DNA of 55,698 bases, filler included, from Platydemus manokwari (lineage: Eukaryota): assembly GCA_037951405.1 (NCBI GenBank). It is 5 parts of 5 records of this genome, joined end to end, with 100 filler letters (N's around TTAATTAATTAA, not from the genome) between each part and the next. Parts side by side here need not be neighbours in the genome. Positions count along the whole stretch, not along the records: positions 20,582 to 29,579 come from JBBMOY011316316.1; positions 29,680 to 46,136 come from JBBMOY011171433.1; 3 more parts are not named here. One strand, given 5' to 3'. A model generated the notes under the pieces. It searched no databases, was not told the origin of the DNA, and saw only the letters and a program-made list of their open reading frames with translations. Position numbers and translations under genes: made by a program. Shown one piece after another: positions 24,901-37,900 of this stretch. The stretch's first letter is position 1. Every line of letters starts with the position of its first letter.

Positions 24901-27330
24901 TTTATTATGTATAATATTATTATTTCTGATGCTACTAGCCCGTAATTCACTCCTCACGGCTGTGCTATTTTTTCTTAATTCTCTTAATTATTGTGCATGC
25001 ACGTGTCGTAAAATTTATTTCATATTTCATTTCTCCATGGAATGCCCATACGTTTACTTTTAATGGTTTTAGTAATTCCTTATTATTCTTCCACATATTT
25101 TTATTGTTTTAAATTCTTTATCATTTATTTTTATGGTTTCTTTTGCATATTGTTGTACTTGTTGAATTATATTCTTGACTTTTCGAATTCATTTTCATTC
25201 ACATGCGCTTGTATCTTTTCAACTTTTTCTGTCAATGTTAATGATTTATTTTCTTCTGATTTTATGTCTTCTTTTTCATATGCTTCATTTTTTGTTTTAC
25301 CGATGCTTGTTTCATCATTGCAATTTCATTTGTCATTAGCTTCTTGTTATCAACTGTGATTTTGTTTTCTCGTCTTATTGAATGGTTCTCATCTTCCTTT
25401 TCTGTAGTCGGGTAGCATTTCATTAATGATCTTTGATTGTAATTCATATTCTTATTCTCTCTTTATTGATTAAATTGTGAATAATTTCTTTCAAAATGTC
25501 TTCTTGCTTGGAATTCTTCTATCTTTTTGATTAAATCTTCCTTTTCTTCTTCGAACTCCTCACTTCTCTTTGATATTCCATTTTAGATTCTTGAAATGAT
25601 TCTTTTGATTTCTTTAGTTTGTCTACTAGCATTATTTCTCTCAATATTTTCCTTGCTCTTTCTTTCTGTATTATTCGATCTTCTTCCTCCTGCCAAATTT
25701 GCCTTTGATTTTTATCTTCTTCTTCTTCTTTCTTTTTCTTTTCTCATTATTTCCTGATGTATTTGCTCTTGTATTTCAATTCTTCTTTTTAATTCCGCTC
25801 TATGTCTTGTAATTGTCGTGATTTGGCTTTCATATTGTTCTTTTTCACTTTACACGTTGATTATATTAAATTTCCAGTTCTTTTACAGTATTCACATTAT
25901 AAATCCATTGTGTAATTTTGTATTTGTATCCCGGTGTCATAGTTTCGAAAATTATCTCTTAATTAATTCTTTATTCTTGTCATATGGCACTATCCTTGTC
26001 TCATTCAAACTATTCCTATCTTTTCAACATATCTAACTCTTGGGCTGTCAAAATTCTATATTGCTTCTTCCTTACATTATTATTTTGATACACGTTTCTC
26101 TGATTTTGTAAATTATATTCCTTTCTTCCACATGGGCTTGTGCTTCTATCTTTCATTTCATCATAGCTATTATTTTTGTAATTATTATTCCCATCCTGAT
26201 GCTGTGTGTAATTTCTATTCTGATGCTGTGTGTATTTTTCTACTATTGATTTGATTTTCATTTTCTTGATTCTAGTTATTATTATTCCCATGCTCATAAT
26301 TATTGTAATTTTGTTGTTTATATTCCTTATTCATATCCCTATCATCATAATTGTTATTGTAGTTTTGTCTATTTCTATCATAATTTCTATTTTCGTACAC
26401 ATGATTTTGTTGATTATAATTATCATCTTTCTTTTGAAATTTTTCTAGCATTTTCTTCAACTCAGACCAAGTCACGTTCTCATCTTTTTTCTCATTTCTA
26501 TTTACTGATATCTTATTTATTGGTGATGATAAATTTCGGTTTCTATTATCCTTAAATACGACCGCATTGTCGCGCTATATCCTATATCATGATTTACTGA
26601 ATAATTTACTCCACAAATTGCCTCTATTCCCTTTAACTTTTGTATTAATTCTTTTATACTCAGCCAACGCTATTGGACTTTTAATGCAGATACAACTCCT
26701 CTGATCCATCACTATTTGATCTCTACCCTCAAGTGTCACATATTTAAGATCATAAACTTTTGCAGCCAATTGTCTAATGATAGACGTTGAGTCTTCTCTA
26801 CCTCGGTCCAGCCATATACATCTGTCATTCTATCAAACTTGTTAAAGAAATCATCGAAAGTTTCTTGCTTTCTACGTTCTTATTCAAAATTCATTCTTAA
26901 CATTGGTACCAAATTGAACACTCAATTATATTTCATCGACTCTACAAATTCAATTTCTGTTTTTCTTTCTATGAATTTTAATGTTAAAGTTTTCAGATAT
27001 TAATTTTATTTCTGTTATATTTATTTTTTATAATCATTGTAATCGTCGATTTACATAAGAAATCAGGTTTATGATTACTTAATTTAAAATTTATTCTAAT
27101 TTGAATTTATTTTCAAAATACTTTTTAATTTCTTCGATACTTTTTTCAAGATATTTCTTATTTTAGCATCAAAATCATTTTCTGGATCACCTAAGTTTGT
27201 TATTCTGTAATTGTTTCAATCCTAAATTAACCCTCATAAAATCATCTTTCTCATTAATATTTTCTATCAAAGTTGATAGATTGATCATTTCTAGAACATC
27301 TCTCATATTATTTATTGAAATATTATCACA
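21940..27330 (-). mobile_element. Decayed LTR-retroelement-like insertion: gag-like region plus unidentified ORFs, no pol detected
   Basis: Strong A-rich skew on the minus strand; gag-like ETFDDFFNKFDRMTDVYGWTEVEK..RL (~26780-26870); N/Y/Q-rich low complexity (26016-26475); charged coiled-coil stretches; many stops. Boundaries approximate. Confidence 0.6.
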
Positions 27331-27666
27331 TTTATGAACTCATGTTTAGAACAGATATAAAAGTTAGTTATTTTAAAATCCTGTCAATAGAAAAATGATT
27401 TTGGAAAAAGATATTTTGAAATATAATTGAAGACCTTTGCAAAATCCCAACTTCCATTATATCCATGTCCGGCTTAAGGGCAAGAGAGTCTATTAACCCA
27501 TTTGATCGTGTTCTTTAGCTGATAATATCATTCACTATAGAATCTTGTTTTAATCCGGAATTCATGACAGCTTCAACCAATCTGTGAACCTTATATCTCG
27601 AAGGTGGGGAACCATTTGAACATTTTAAAGTTGAACATATGCAATTTCGACAATCATATCCAAATA

Positions 27667-27809
27667 AATATTATTCGAATCATACGAAAACTTTCTCTAT
27701 TACAAATCTGATTTGGTAAAGCTTTTAGTAAATAATTAAAATATTTCAAATCTAAAGATAATATATTCAAAATAAAATATTATAATAATATTCACATTTG
27801 GAATCTAAT
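27667..27809 (-). repeat. Left arm of a ~143-bp inverted repeat bracketing the lectin gene (partner 29121-29263)
   Basis: The reverse complement aligns with 29121-29263, e.g. ATTAGATTCC..TTTAGATTTGAAATATTTTAATTA..CAAATCAGATTTGTAAT..GAAAGTT..CGTAT.ATTCGAAT. Confidence 0.85.
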
Positions 27810-28241
27810 AAATTTATTTATTATGAAATTTTGTTTGAAAATATTTTGTTTTAGATAATTATTTCTCGTCCATCAATATTTCTGATGCGTTGAAAAAAGA
27901 TATTTTATCATATCAATGTTACCAAAGCTAATGGCAATGGGAATGATGATCTATTTTTCTCGATGCAACCAATTTCAATTTATTATCCCATGAAAGCCAC
28001 ACTCGTGGCTTAGCATTTTGTCGTTAAAACTTCATTTAAGTATTCCCGTGGTATCATTTTGCGTGTTTAATTTAAATTTGAATATTAGATGTGAAAGTTT
28101 TAAATTACTAATTTATCGAAATTTCTCTTCTACAAACACGTATTCTTATCAAGTGAAGTAGAAATGTTTTATTTTATTTTGTCATTGGTTGATAATGTTT
28201 TCATATAACATAGAAGATACTTTACTTGTGTCATTTTAAAT

Positions 28242-28994
28242 ATGATCGGTCAAATTGTCATGATAATTATTGGGAATTTCACGTTTTCGTATTGTATTAT
28301 TTGCCCAAGTAATTACAAACTTTATAACAATTTATGTATTTACGTGTCCAATACAACCAAAAATATATGTGATGCATGTGAATATTGTTATCAAATTAGT
28401 GGAAGATTAGCTTTAGATAATGAAATATCAACCATTAATAATATTCAAACAATCCAACAAAGTGGGTATTATTTTTTAGGTCTCACTGATTTATTTGAAG
28501 AAAAATTGACTGATAAGAAACAATGGCTAAATATTGATGGTTCTTTTACTATCCATGACAAATTATGGAATCAAAATGAGCCAAATAACGGTGGTGTTGG
28601 AGAAGATTGTACATCCCTTAATTATAAAGGAATCGTTGATTCAAGGTGTTCATTTAGTCGCGTATTCATATGTGTATACGGGAATGTCACCACAGTCAAT
28701 TCAAAGCAATTCGTGTTAAATGATCTGAATATCTTTAATAATGATAATGACGTGGGCTGCTATGAAAATATGACTGCAAAAAGTAAAATGCATTGTGGAG
28801 TTCTGTATGTATTTTTATATTTGATTGAGAAATTATTATTATCGATTTGTAGATGCCTTCAAAATATCAATTGCAAATCTTTCTATTATGAGGAAATTGG
28901 ACAGAAATGTGTGTTAGTGAAATATATTAAAAGCACATTACCAAAAAGTTGGAATCGGAGATCCGAGATTTGGCATGGATATCATTCGATATAA
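28242..28994 (+). CDS. Secreted C-type lectin domain + C-terminal PAN/apple-like domain protein; intron 28805-28852
   Basis: CTLD motifs CPSNY..LC, ACEYC..GRLA, YFLGLTD, W..EPNN..EDC, DSRC..FIC. After splicing the 48-bp GTATGT..TTGTAG intron, the PAN-like SKMHCGVLCLQNINCKSFYY..KCVL is restored. Hydrophobic N-terminus; exact start codon uncertain. Confidence 0.9.
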   Translation: MIGQIVMIIIGNFTFSYCIICPSNYKLYNNLCIYVSNTTKNICDACEYCYQISGRLALDNEISTINNIQTIQQSGYYFLGLTDLFEEKLTDKKQWLNIDGSFTIHDKLWNQNEPNNGGVGEDCTSLNYKGIVDSRCSFSRVFICVYGNVTTVNSKQFVLNDLNIFNNDNDVGCYENMTAKSKMHCGVLYVFLYLIEKLLLSICRCLQNINCKSFYYEEIGQKCVLVKYIKSTLPKSWNRRSEIWHGYHSI

Positions 28995-29433
28995 ACATGA
29001 TTGATATTTCTTCAATAATTCTTTAATCAACCTTTACTGACCTCTTATTTAATGATTATAGCTAATGATATCGATTTATTAGAACGACTATTGTTTTCAT
29101 TTTACAGTTGATGTTCTTACATTAGATTCCTAGATGTGGATATTATAATAATATTTTATTTTGAATATATTTTTTTAGATTTGAAATATTTTAATTACTT
29201 CCTACAACTCTTATCAAATCAGATTTGTAATTAAGAAAGTTGTCGTATTATTCGAATCATCTTTAATCTTATAAAATAATAATTTTAATTCCAATCCCTA
29301 GATTGAGATCATCTTTAACACCTTCATCATTCCAATATGATGGTTCGAAGGTGGTTACTATAACAATATATGAAACTGCTTTTCACAAATTCATGTTCTT
29401 TGATGATTTTAATGAAGAAAAAATGTTTAACTA

Positions 29434-29579
29434 TTAGGTTGGTGCAAAAATAATGGCCGTTATCTAACAGCAACTTTAAAAGACTATAACTCGCTTAAAA
29501 ATTAAGTTTATTAATCAAAATAAAGCCCATTGGATTCGATACATTTCTGCCAACGAGACAAAAGTTTAGTAATTCCAGT
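29434..29579 (-). mobile_element. Mariner (Hsmar1/cecropia-like) 3' end, truncated by the gap
   Basis: TA + TIR TTAGGTTGGTGCAAAAATAATGGCCGTT; the minus strand encodes GITKLLSRWQKCIESNGLYFD*, a mariner transposase C-terminus. Confidence 0.92.
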
Positions 29580-29679
29580 NNNNNNNNNNNNNNNNNNNNN
29601 NNNNNNNNNNNNNNNNNNNNNNNTTAATTAATTAANNNNNNNNNNNNNNNNNNNNNNNNNNNNNNNNNNNNNNNNNNNN
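29580..29679. other. Assembly gap with linker
   Basis: 44 N + TTAATTAATTAA + 44 N. Confidence 0.98.
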
Positions 29680-31720
29680 TTCTGGATTAATACGCAATCC
29701 TGCATTTCCTATTCTTTTAATTACTTCTTCCAGTATTTTGTAGTGTTCTTCTATCGGCGTCCAAATATACCATGGCTCCTTTTCCTCTCACATCATATAG
29801 TATTTTTGTTATTAATTCTTGAAATGTTCCTGCTACTGCTGCGATTCCAAACGGCATCCGTGTAAAACATTATTACCCCTATTTCGTCGAGAATGCCGCT
29901 TTTCCTTGTGATTCTTTGTCAAGCTCTATCTGATAGTATGCATTTCCAAAGTCGACTGACGTGAAATACTTAGACCGCGTAGGGTGTCTAATAGTTCTTG
30001 TATATTTGACATGGGAAACGCTTGTCTCTTCGTTATTAATTTTAGTTATCGAAAATCAAGGCATAATCTTATATCCTTTCTATCATTTTGCCATATACAT
30101 ACAAGTAGCGTATTCCACGGTGAATTTCATTTTATTAAATTTTGTTTTATCTCAAATTTTTGATTACCTCTTCTATATTTCCTGCTAAATTTGCTGGTTG
30201 TCTCCGAGATTTGATATTTATGGGACTCCCATTTGTTACAATCTTATGTTTTACTAACATTGTACAACCAATATCCCAATGATTCGCCAATGCGTTACTA
30301 TTTGCTTTTAATATTTCCCGTATACTAGATCCTTCTTTCACCGCAAGACATTCTTTTGTTTTCTTGAATCTATCTTCATCGGTCATACTCCCACCAAATC
30401 TCGCTGTTATGTCACAAATGGAGGTGTCTAATTCTGTTTCTTTGTGCTGAGGGTTCTTTTTCCATTGTAAATCTAATCTAGATTCTCCTTGAAACTCTAT
30501 TCTGCCTATAATCTTTGGTTTCATGTGCTCATCTTGGACTGACAACCTGACTTGACTTTTATTCTTATTCTACCAAGAAACTCTAATCTACTGTAGTTGG
30601 CACATCTTAAACTTTCACTTGTATATTCGATTTCTACTTGTTCGAGTGCCTCTAAAATCGTCTTATCCATGAAATTTATTCTTGCACCAGTGTCTAACAA
30701 GCATTCAAATTCTTCATTTTCTATTTTTATAGCTACACTTGGTTTCGCTTGCATTTTATCATAAGAAATCTGGGGAAGCTTTAACTTTTTGATCGTCAAT
30801 ATTCTTACTTCTTTCTCATCTCTCTGTTCCTCCACCACATTGTCATTCATCTCCTTCTTTATAAAGTTTACAACTTTCCATTGTGCTCTCGTTCCTGATA
30901 CTATATCATTGTTTTTACCGGCTAAAATTTGTTTTTATACTTTACGATTTTTTATGTTCTGGACACTACCTTGCTTGTTTATTTTAGCTTTTATTTTGTT
31001 TATTTTATTTAATTTACTTATATTATAAATACCAATATGCCTATTTATATTCTCGGTATCTTGATCAGATTTAGATTTACTGTTCATTTTATTGTCCCGA
31101 CACACTCTCCGAGAGTCGGTGCGGTCTCTTTTGGGTGTTCTTCGTTGTATTCTGAATCCGATTCTTGTTCGACCGCCGCTACTTGTCTATTATTTGGGTT
31201 AACTATTTTGTAATTTTGTCTGTTGAAATTTTGTCTGTTTTCATTTATTGAACCTCTTCTTATGGTACTTTGTCTGTGATCAATCATAAGCTGGTTTATT
31301 GGTGTCTCTTACTGGTAATTGGACCTTTATTGTCTCTTTCTCTCTAGATTTGTATAACACTCACTCTCGTAATGTCGTCGATATTGACATCTGAGACACT
31401 TTATTGAATTTGGAGAAAGTCTCGCCATGCGGCCTACTCTGTGGCAGGCGTAGCATGTCACGACTTTCTCGCTTTTACAATTTCGTGCGATATACCATGG
31501 TTTTTGGCAATTAAATCTAGTCTTATCTTCCTTTCCGGAGATCTGGGTTTTGATTGCGCTCTGACTATTCTCCTGCTTCTATCGTGTTTACTTCTCTTTC
31601 TTTATTTCTTACTTCACTTGGGTTTTTAACGGTTTTTTGTTATTTGACCTGTTTTCTTATTGTCTCTCATCTTAATTTCCTTCTCTAATTCTACATCATC
31701 TGCACAAGAAACGCACTTAG
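29680..31720 (-). mobile_element. Decayed Ty3/Gypsy gag-protease-RT, same family as 700-1833
   Basis: Zinc knuckle CLRCQYRRHYESEC (~31355-31400); aspartic protease CLLDTGA (30521-30850); RT motifs VDFGNAYYQI and FTRMPFGIA; cut by the gap. Confidence 0.92.
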
Positions 31721-31959
31721 CTCCTCTTTAGTCACATTGTGAGAGAATTTGTCTTTCACCAGATTATCCATCTTTTTAATTTTCAGATGAGTTTGTCAGG
31801 AACTCATAGGACGCAGATAGGACGTCGTCTTGAAATTTTAGACACATATTGATTTTTTGGTCCACGTGACCCTTTGATTTTAAGGAATGTTAAGAGTGAC
31901 AGGGGCAAACTTTTTTGTTCTAGCGACTTCTTATAAAATGTCTAAGTTCATTCATATAT

Positions 31960-32483
31960 TGTCCAAAAAGGAATCCAAACAGGGCACTCAACGAGAAACT
32001 TGGTTGTTGGATTAAAGCAGGCGAATCAAATTGCGTTGTGGTGGTTTTCGGTTCCTTGAGATCCATTCTGTCTTTTAATCTGTCCAAATAAGCACGATAA
32101 AGGTTATGCACAATGAAATTTAACACCGGGTTTGTAAGATAATTCTCGTTGTGTAATATTTCGCTAGAGATCTTTATTTGCTTAAAACATTTCAATTTTG
32201 ACTTGGGACACTTAATTTAAACAAGCAATTTTTTTGGATAAAATATCTTCACTGGTGGAACAATGGGTTAATTAAATGCTTTCTTAAAAGAGCTAGTTAC
32301 AGACACATGGAATATCGTTAAAGTAGAACAACCAAATTGGTACAATTCAATTTGTCTTCATATACATGTTCGCGTTCTTTGCGTTCGCAAGTCTTTACTG
32401 TCGTGCTCTTGGTCTTGAACCATTCACTGAAATTTATTTGGATGTATTGACAAAGCCCAGTTGATTTCTTGAAAATTACCATG
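31960..32483 (-). pseudogene. Unidentified decayed coding fragment
   Basis: ORF 31920-32195 plus upstream broken frames with coding-like composition; no motif recognised. Confidence 0.25.
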
Positions 32484-34913
32484 AAAAACTTTTAACATTG
32501 ATTTAAATATTTTTATAAATGATTAAAGACCAATTAGAACTATGATTAAACAGAAAAGGCATAGCAACAAAATACTTACTTAAGTGGACTAATCAATCGT
32601 CATCATTATATTCACAAATTCTAATCAATTTTATCAACATGATTTGGATGAATTCCAAGCACACAGTAAAATACATAGCTTGATATTTTACAAACAGAAT
32701 CGGATGTGAGCAATTGTTGCGGCGAATTTATTATTAAATTTTCCTTTGTTATTAAGAAATGCTTAGTTTTCCTTTTATAATTATTGGATTTCACTGGACT
32801 CCCCTTTCTGAAATGATTATTAATTTTCTTATTAAATGTTATGAATGATAAAATGACTCCAAATTTATCAATTTTATAAGGTGTTCGAGAGTGCGAAGAA
32901 ATATTTAAATAAGACTAAGAATAAGACAATATTAAATAACTGAAAACAAAGTATTAAAATAATTTATGAAATAATCTAACAATTATGGAATAATTATTAA
33001 CGATTGTAAAATGTTTACTTTGGCGTACAAATTCAGAGCCTAGAAAAGCTTTTAAGGTGAGATCGACTAGAAGAATAAGATCTATTGATCGGGTACTAAT
33101 CTATCCAATAAAAATGCTTACTAAAATTATTCGGGAAAACGATGATTTTATTTTACTTCAAGTGTTGAACGAAGGTATGGCACAAGACTGGGTTATTTAA
33201 ATGAATAAAATTACTTCCGAAGAAGTCTGCTTTTAAATTCTACTAACGCGAAATAATAATTTAATATAACCACTCATTATATAAATTCTATTTTCAATTT
33301 ATGGTATTTGCAAACTACAATTTATAATTCAATTTAATCAGACCTGTGAGATTTTTAAATGGTTGTCAATTTCTCTTTTCCTTCGGCAATATATACCATT
33401 TAATTCCATGATTTTTTAAATTAGAATTCTTCTCGGTGATTTTTAATTCCTAATTAAAATCTTATTTAATTCTGGAAAAGAAAATTTCTATTTTAATTTA
33501 TTTCCTCGAGCTATTTATAGCAATATTATTTTCATCTTTAGTAATTCGAAGTTATTTTTGCATTTACATTTGATATACTTTTATTGATCTTTCATTCTTC
33601 TATTCAATGCCTTCCTTATGCTAAATATTATTATCATACTTTATCCTGACTCTGACCATATTTATAGTGAAACTAAACTTTATCATTTTTTCGATTCATA
33701 ACATCAGCATTTCTATTTTAAAAGCAATAATTCAAATTCTGATTGCGGAATTAAGAACGAAGTTATTATCGGACTGTTAGAACGATATTTTTATATTAAA
33801 TTATATGTAAAAACATCACATTTAACAAAATTTTATTTCTATGAATAAATACATGGTTTATCATTTCATTGCATACCTTGGAAGTACAGTGATTTCAAAA
33901 TTCTTTGTTGATGGAGGAAGTCAGTAACCAAGGAACTACAAAAATGGAAAGATTAGGAGAATAGAATCAAGACAATCAAGTCGACAACTCTATTACTTTA
34001 GGAAACAGTCATAGTTGCAATTTTAGAAACATGCAAATATTATTAATTTAAAGTTACAAATGACCTTTACTATTAATTTTACCAAGGTGATGTAATCCAG
34101 TTTGCAATAATGAGTACAAATTTTTATATAATCGAAAAACTTTGTTCTACCATTACTAAAGCATAACTTCACACTGAAAATATTTGTACAATAGAAATAA
34201 TTACTCAAAGATATTTGTGTTATTTCATTTCATGTCATTATTTAGAAAACAGTGAATACTAATAATAAACACTTAGAAACAAGGAATAAAAAAACATCGA
34301 GATAATTTAACTAAAACTAATCTTTGGAATAACGTTGTTTGATATTCATAATCACATTATTTTCTAAATTCGACAGAAAAAAACAACCAAATCTATTCAT
34401 ATGCCATGTTTGATCCCAATTTAGATATTTAAATTTTAAACAGCTCACTAATCGTCACAATAAAACGATGAAAACGGTGCCATCAAATATCAGAAAATCG
34501 ATATTCAACTAAATACCATACATGGTAATGTGTATTAGATATCATATTATTAGTAATAGATTATAAAATTCACAGCATAGTTAACGTTGAAAACGATAGC
34601 CTATCAATGTAAGACCAGCTTCAAAAATCAATATCGAAACGAAATGCAATAAAAAGCTACTACAATATATTTACACAAATCAATTGAGGTCACACAAGAG
34701 ATTGCAAAATCGAAAAATGATTTGCAACAATTGAGCAAGCTGTTTGGCCAAAACTTAAATACAACTAAATTTCGAGCGAACATGCAAGATTTCATATATA
34801 TATATGTGTGTGTATATAAACTGGAAAAGAACTTTACAATAACAAAATTTATAATTAATCCATATTCTGAAACAATTTATATAGTATAACTCGGGCAGTT
34901 GAGGATATCTCTC

Positions 34914-37900
34914 TCAATTTGGTCGTTTCAACGCTTCAAATCGCTGTTTAAGAGCTGCTAAATCATTCGCTGACATTTTACGCTTATTAATTTGACGTGG
35001 CTCTGGTACCGGTCCATCTCCAGAAGGAACGAGATTAGATATGACTGATATCTGAAAATAACGGAAACGTGTAAAATTATGAAGATAATAAATGTAAAAT
35101 TCCAAACCTCCATATCGTCTTTCACTGGAGAAACAATTTCTGGCTTTTCTGGGTGTGTTTTGTCTAGTCCTGCCTTTATTCGCAGTTGTTTCAAACGAAG
35201 AAGTAATGCCTCAGGATCCATGTTGCAATATGCCATGCTGTCTTTATCCAAGGATCCTGTAGCACCGTTATTGTTCAACTAAATTGTTCTCTAAATCCTT
35301 GTGAATGTGAAAATCGAAATATTACTTGATTAGCTCCCAATACTAACACTGGAGCTTGACCTCTCTCTTCTGCAATACTTTTCAGACCGGTTTCGATTGT
35401 CCTTTGAAAATAAGGTGTGGTTTGCGCCAAATACCTTGACAGATCAACATAGGGATATTTTAATTTGAAATCGTATAAATCGTTTAATCCCTACAATTTC
35501 ATCAAAATATATTCTCTTTAAATAACTGCTAGTTCAACTACTTGTTTATTTTTAGCGGGATTACCAATCTTTCCGAAAATATCTTTCAATTCATCCAGAT
35601 AAGGCCGTGCATTGGACTGAAAAGAAAAAAAATACGATAAAAAATCGTCACAGAATTCCTATTGGTTGACAAGCATATTTGTCGACTTATGCATAACAAA
35701 CACGGGAAGCCATTAAATGAAATTCGCTTCTTTTTAATATTATTAGCAAATTCCAAAATCATTAAGTGAAAAATCAATAATTTAGCGGATGAAAATTCTC
35801 ATCAAATCTAATGAAAATATTGCATCACAACACATTATTCAATACAAGCATTTCAATTTGCAAGTTTTTCAATTATTTATATTTAAAATTAATAATAATT
35901 TTCAGAGATATTCTAATCGAAATAAATTTCAAATAAATGTTTCTTACATTTTTAAAAGATTTTATCAACCATATATAATCGATAATATAACATGAAAATG
36001 TACCTGAACTGATAATTTCGATTTTTCCATACGCTGTGGTGGTTCAATGGTATTGGCGTTTTCACAAGGAGCCGGTAGAACGGTAGGGATGGGTACATTG
36101 AGTTTGGCATAAGATTTCCTGATGTAACTATCGAGATCTTTGTGAGGCTAAACAAATATCATGGACCCCATACATCAATAATTTGGAAAACAAACTGTAT
36201 TGGGTATTTGATATAGTGCTTCCAGTACTCCACCGTTCTTATTATTGATAATTGAATAGACCAAGGTTTTAACAGTTCGTAAAGGTACATCTCGACTGCC
36301 TTCTTTCGCTTCCCATACATGGGGCGGGAAATCCGTGTAAAAAACATGAATATCCTTAAGGATAACAACCAAATCGATCGAATTCACTAAATAATAATAT
36401 GATACAAGGGCAAACTGGAAATGGTGGATATAATTCATAAATACAAAATAAGGTGTTCAATCGATAATATTAGTGTTTCTCTGGTTTGATGGACATAAAA
36501 AGCTTATTTATATTTAAAATTCTTTATTAATAAACGCTTCAATCAAAATTTGTGAAACATTTAATAGAATCAATTAAAGATGCCAGATAAATGAAATTTG
36601 ATTAAACAGCTGATTATGTTGCAAGGGGTACACTAATTCATATATATTGTGCAAGATGTTTTCTATTTCGTTACCAATTATTATTTCTTTCAAGTCCCAT
36701 AAATCTTGAAAAATCTCGACCATTTTAGCATAAAATCAATTGAAACGATATCACAAATAGCATATTTTACAAATCAAATCACCATACCTGTATTGATTAA
36801 ATTTTTCGTCATTGACCAGATACATTTAAAAATGAGATTCAAATATTTGCTGCTCGTATCATTGTTCTTAAGGCAATCGCTCATCATTCTGAGAAGAGCA
36901 CTCAACATACGCGTTTGATTGGAAGATTCAAGAATTCGAACACTGAGAATATTGATACCTCTAATGATTGTACCACCTTCTGATAATGAGACCAATTGAT
37001 CATTGATCACAATTCGTAGAATCGATTGCATCAAATTCATGAGTCGATCTCGATTGAGTTCGCAAGCAAGCTCTTTGGCATTAAATATCTAAAATAATAC
37101 CCCAAAAAAATCGTAGAAATATTTATATCCCAGTGACTAACAGACACGAGAGTAGCTAGCATGCCTTTAAACATGTCTGTGATTTCGGATTCACTAAATT
37201 TTTCTTCTGACAATTTACCAAGAGTAGCTTTAAGTTGCATAGTAATGGACATGACTAAATTGTCCATATAATTAATCAATTGTGCTCGAACATCCTGATC
37301 TACAAACAGAAAAACAGAGAGAAGAATTATTGATTTTAAAGTCAATGTTAATCACTTCTGATCACTTCATCTATTTGGGCCATTGCTTGTATACTTGTTT
37401 GTACATCGGTTGAGTTGATAGCGTGAATAACAGAAGTGATAGCATCGTTGGAATTAACAGCTTGTGAAGCTCGCCCAGAATAGCTGTGATATGGATGTAA
37501 ATTATAAATCGTACCAAATGGAACAAAAGTGAAATAATGATAAACTGTAGCTGAGAAATGAAATCATTATAAATCATAAATTCATCGATATCAAACACAC
37601 AATATCATAATTATCACATTGTTTATAACCACATTAGCACAAAACAATATTAAGCGAAATGTAATACTATTATAATATTTTCAAAATCAATATATGCATT
37701 CATACCATCAGCACGTCGTCAATCAAACGAATCAATAACGTCTATGATTGACGTCAGAAAAATTTTATGGGATTAATAAAAAATTTTCTATTTTACTTTT
37801 TGAAAAATTAATTAGTCATGATCAATTATATCCTTTTGGTCATTAAATCGTCTTTCTCAAGCACGAATCATCTTGTTTGTGATTGATTATAAATAGAAAT

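Noticed and set aside
24806-26448. Hydrophobic + strand ORFs that look like membrane proteins
   Set aside because: Antisense shadows of the A-rich, Asn/Lys/Glu-rich minus-strand element.
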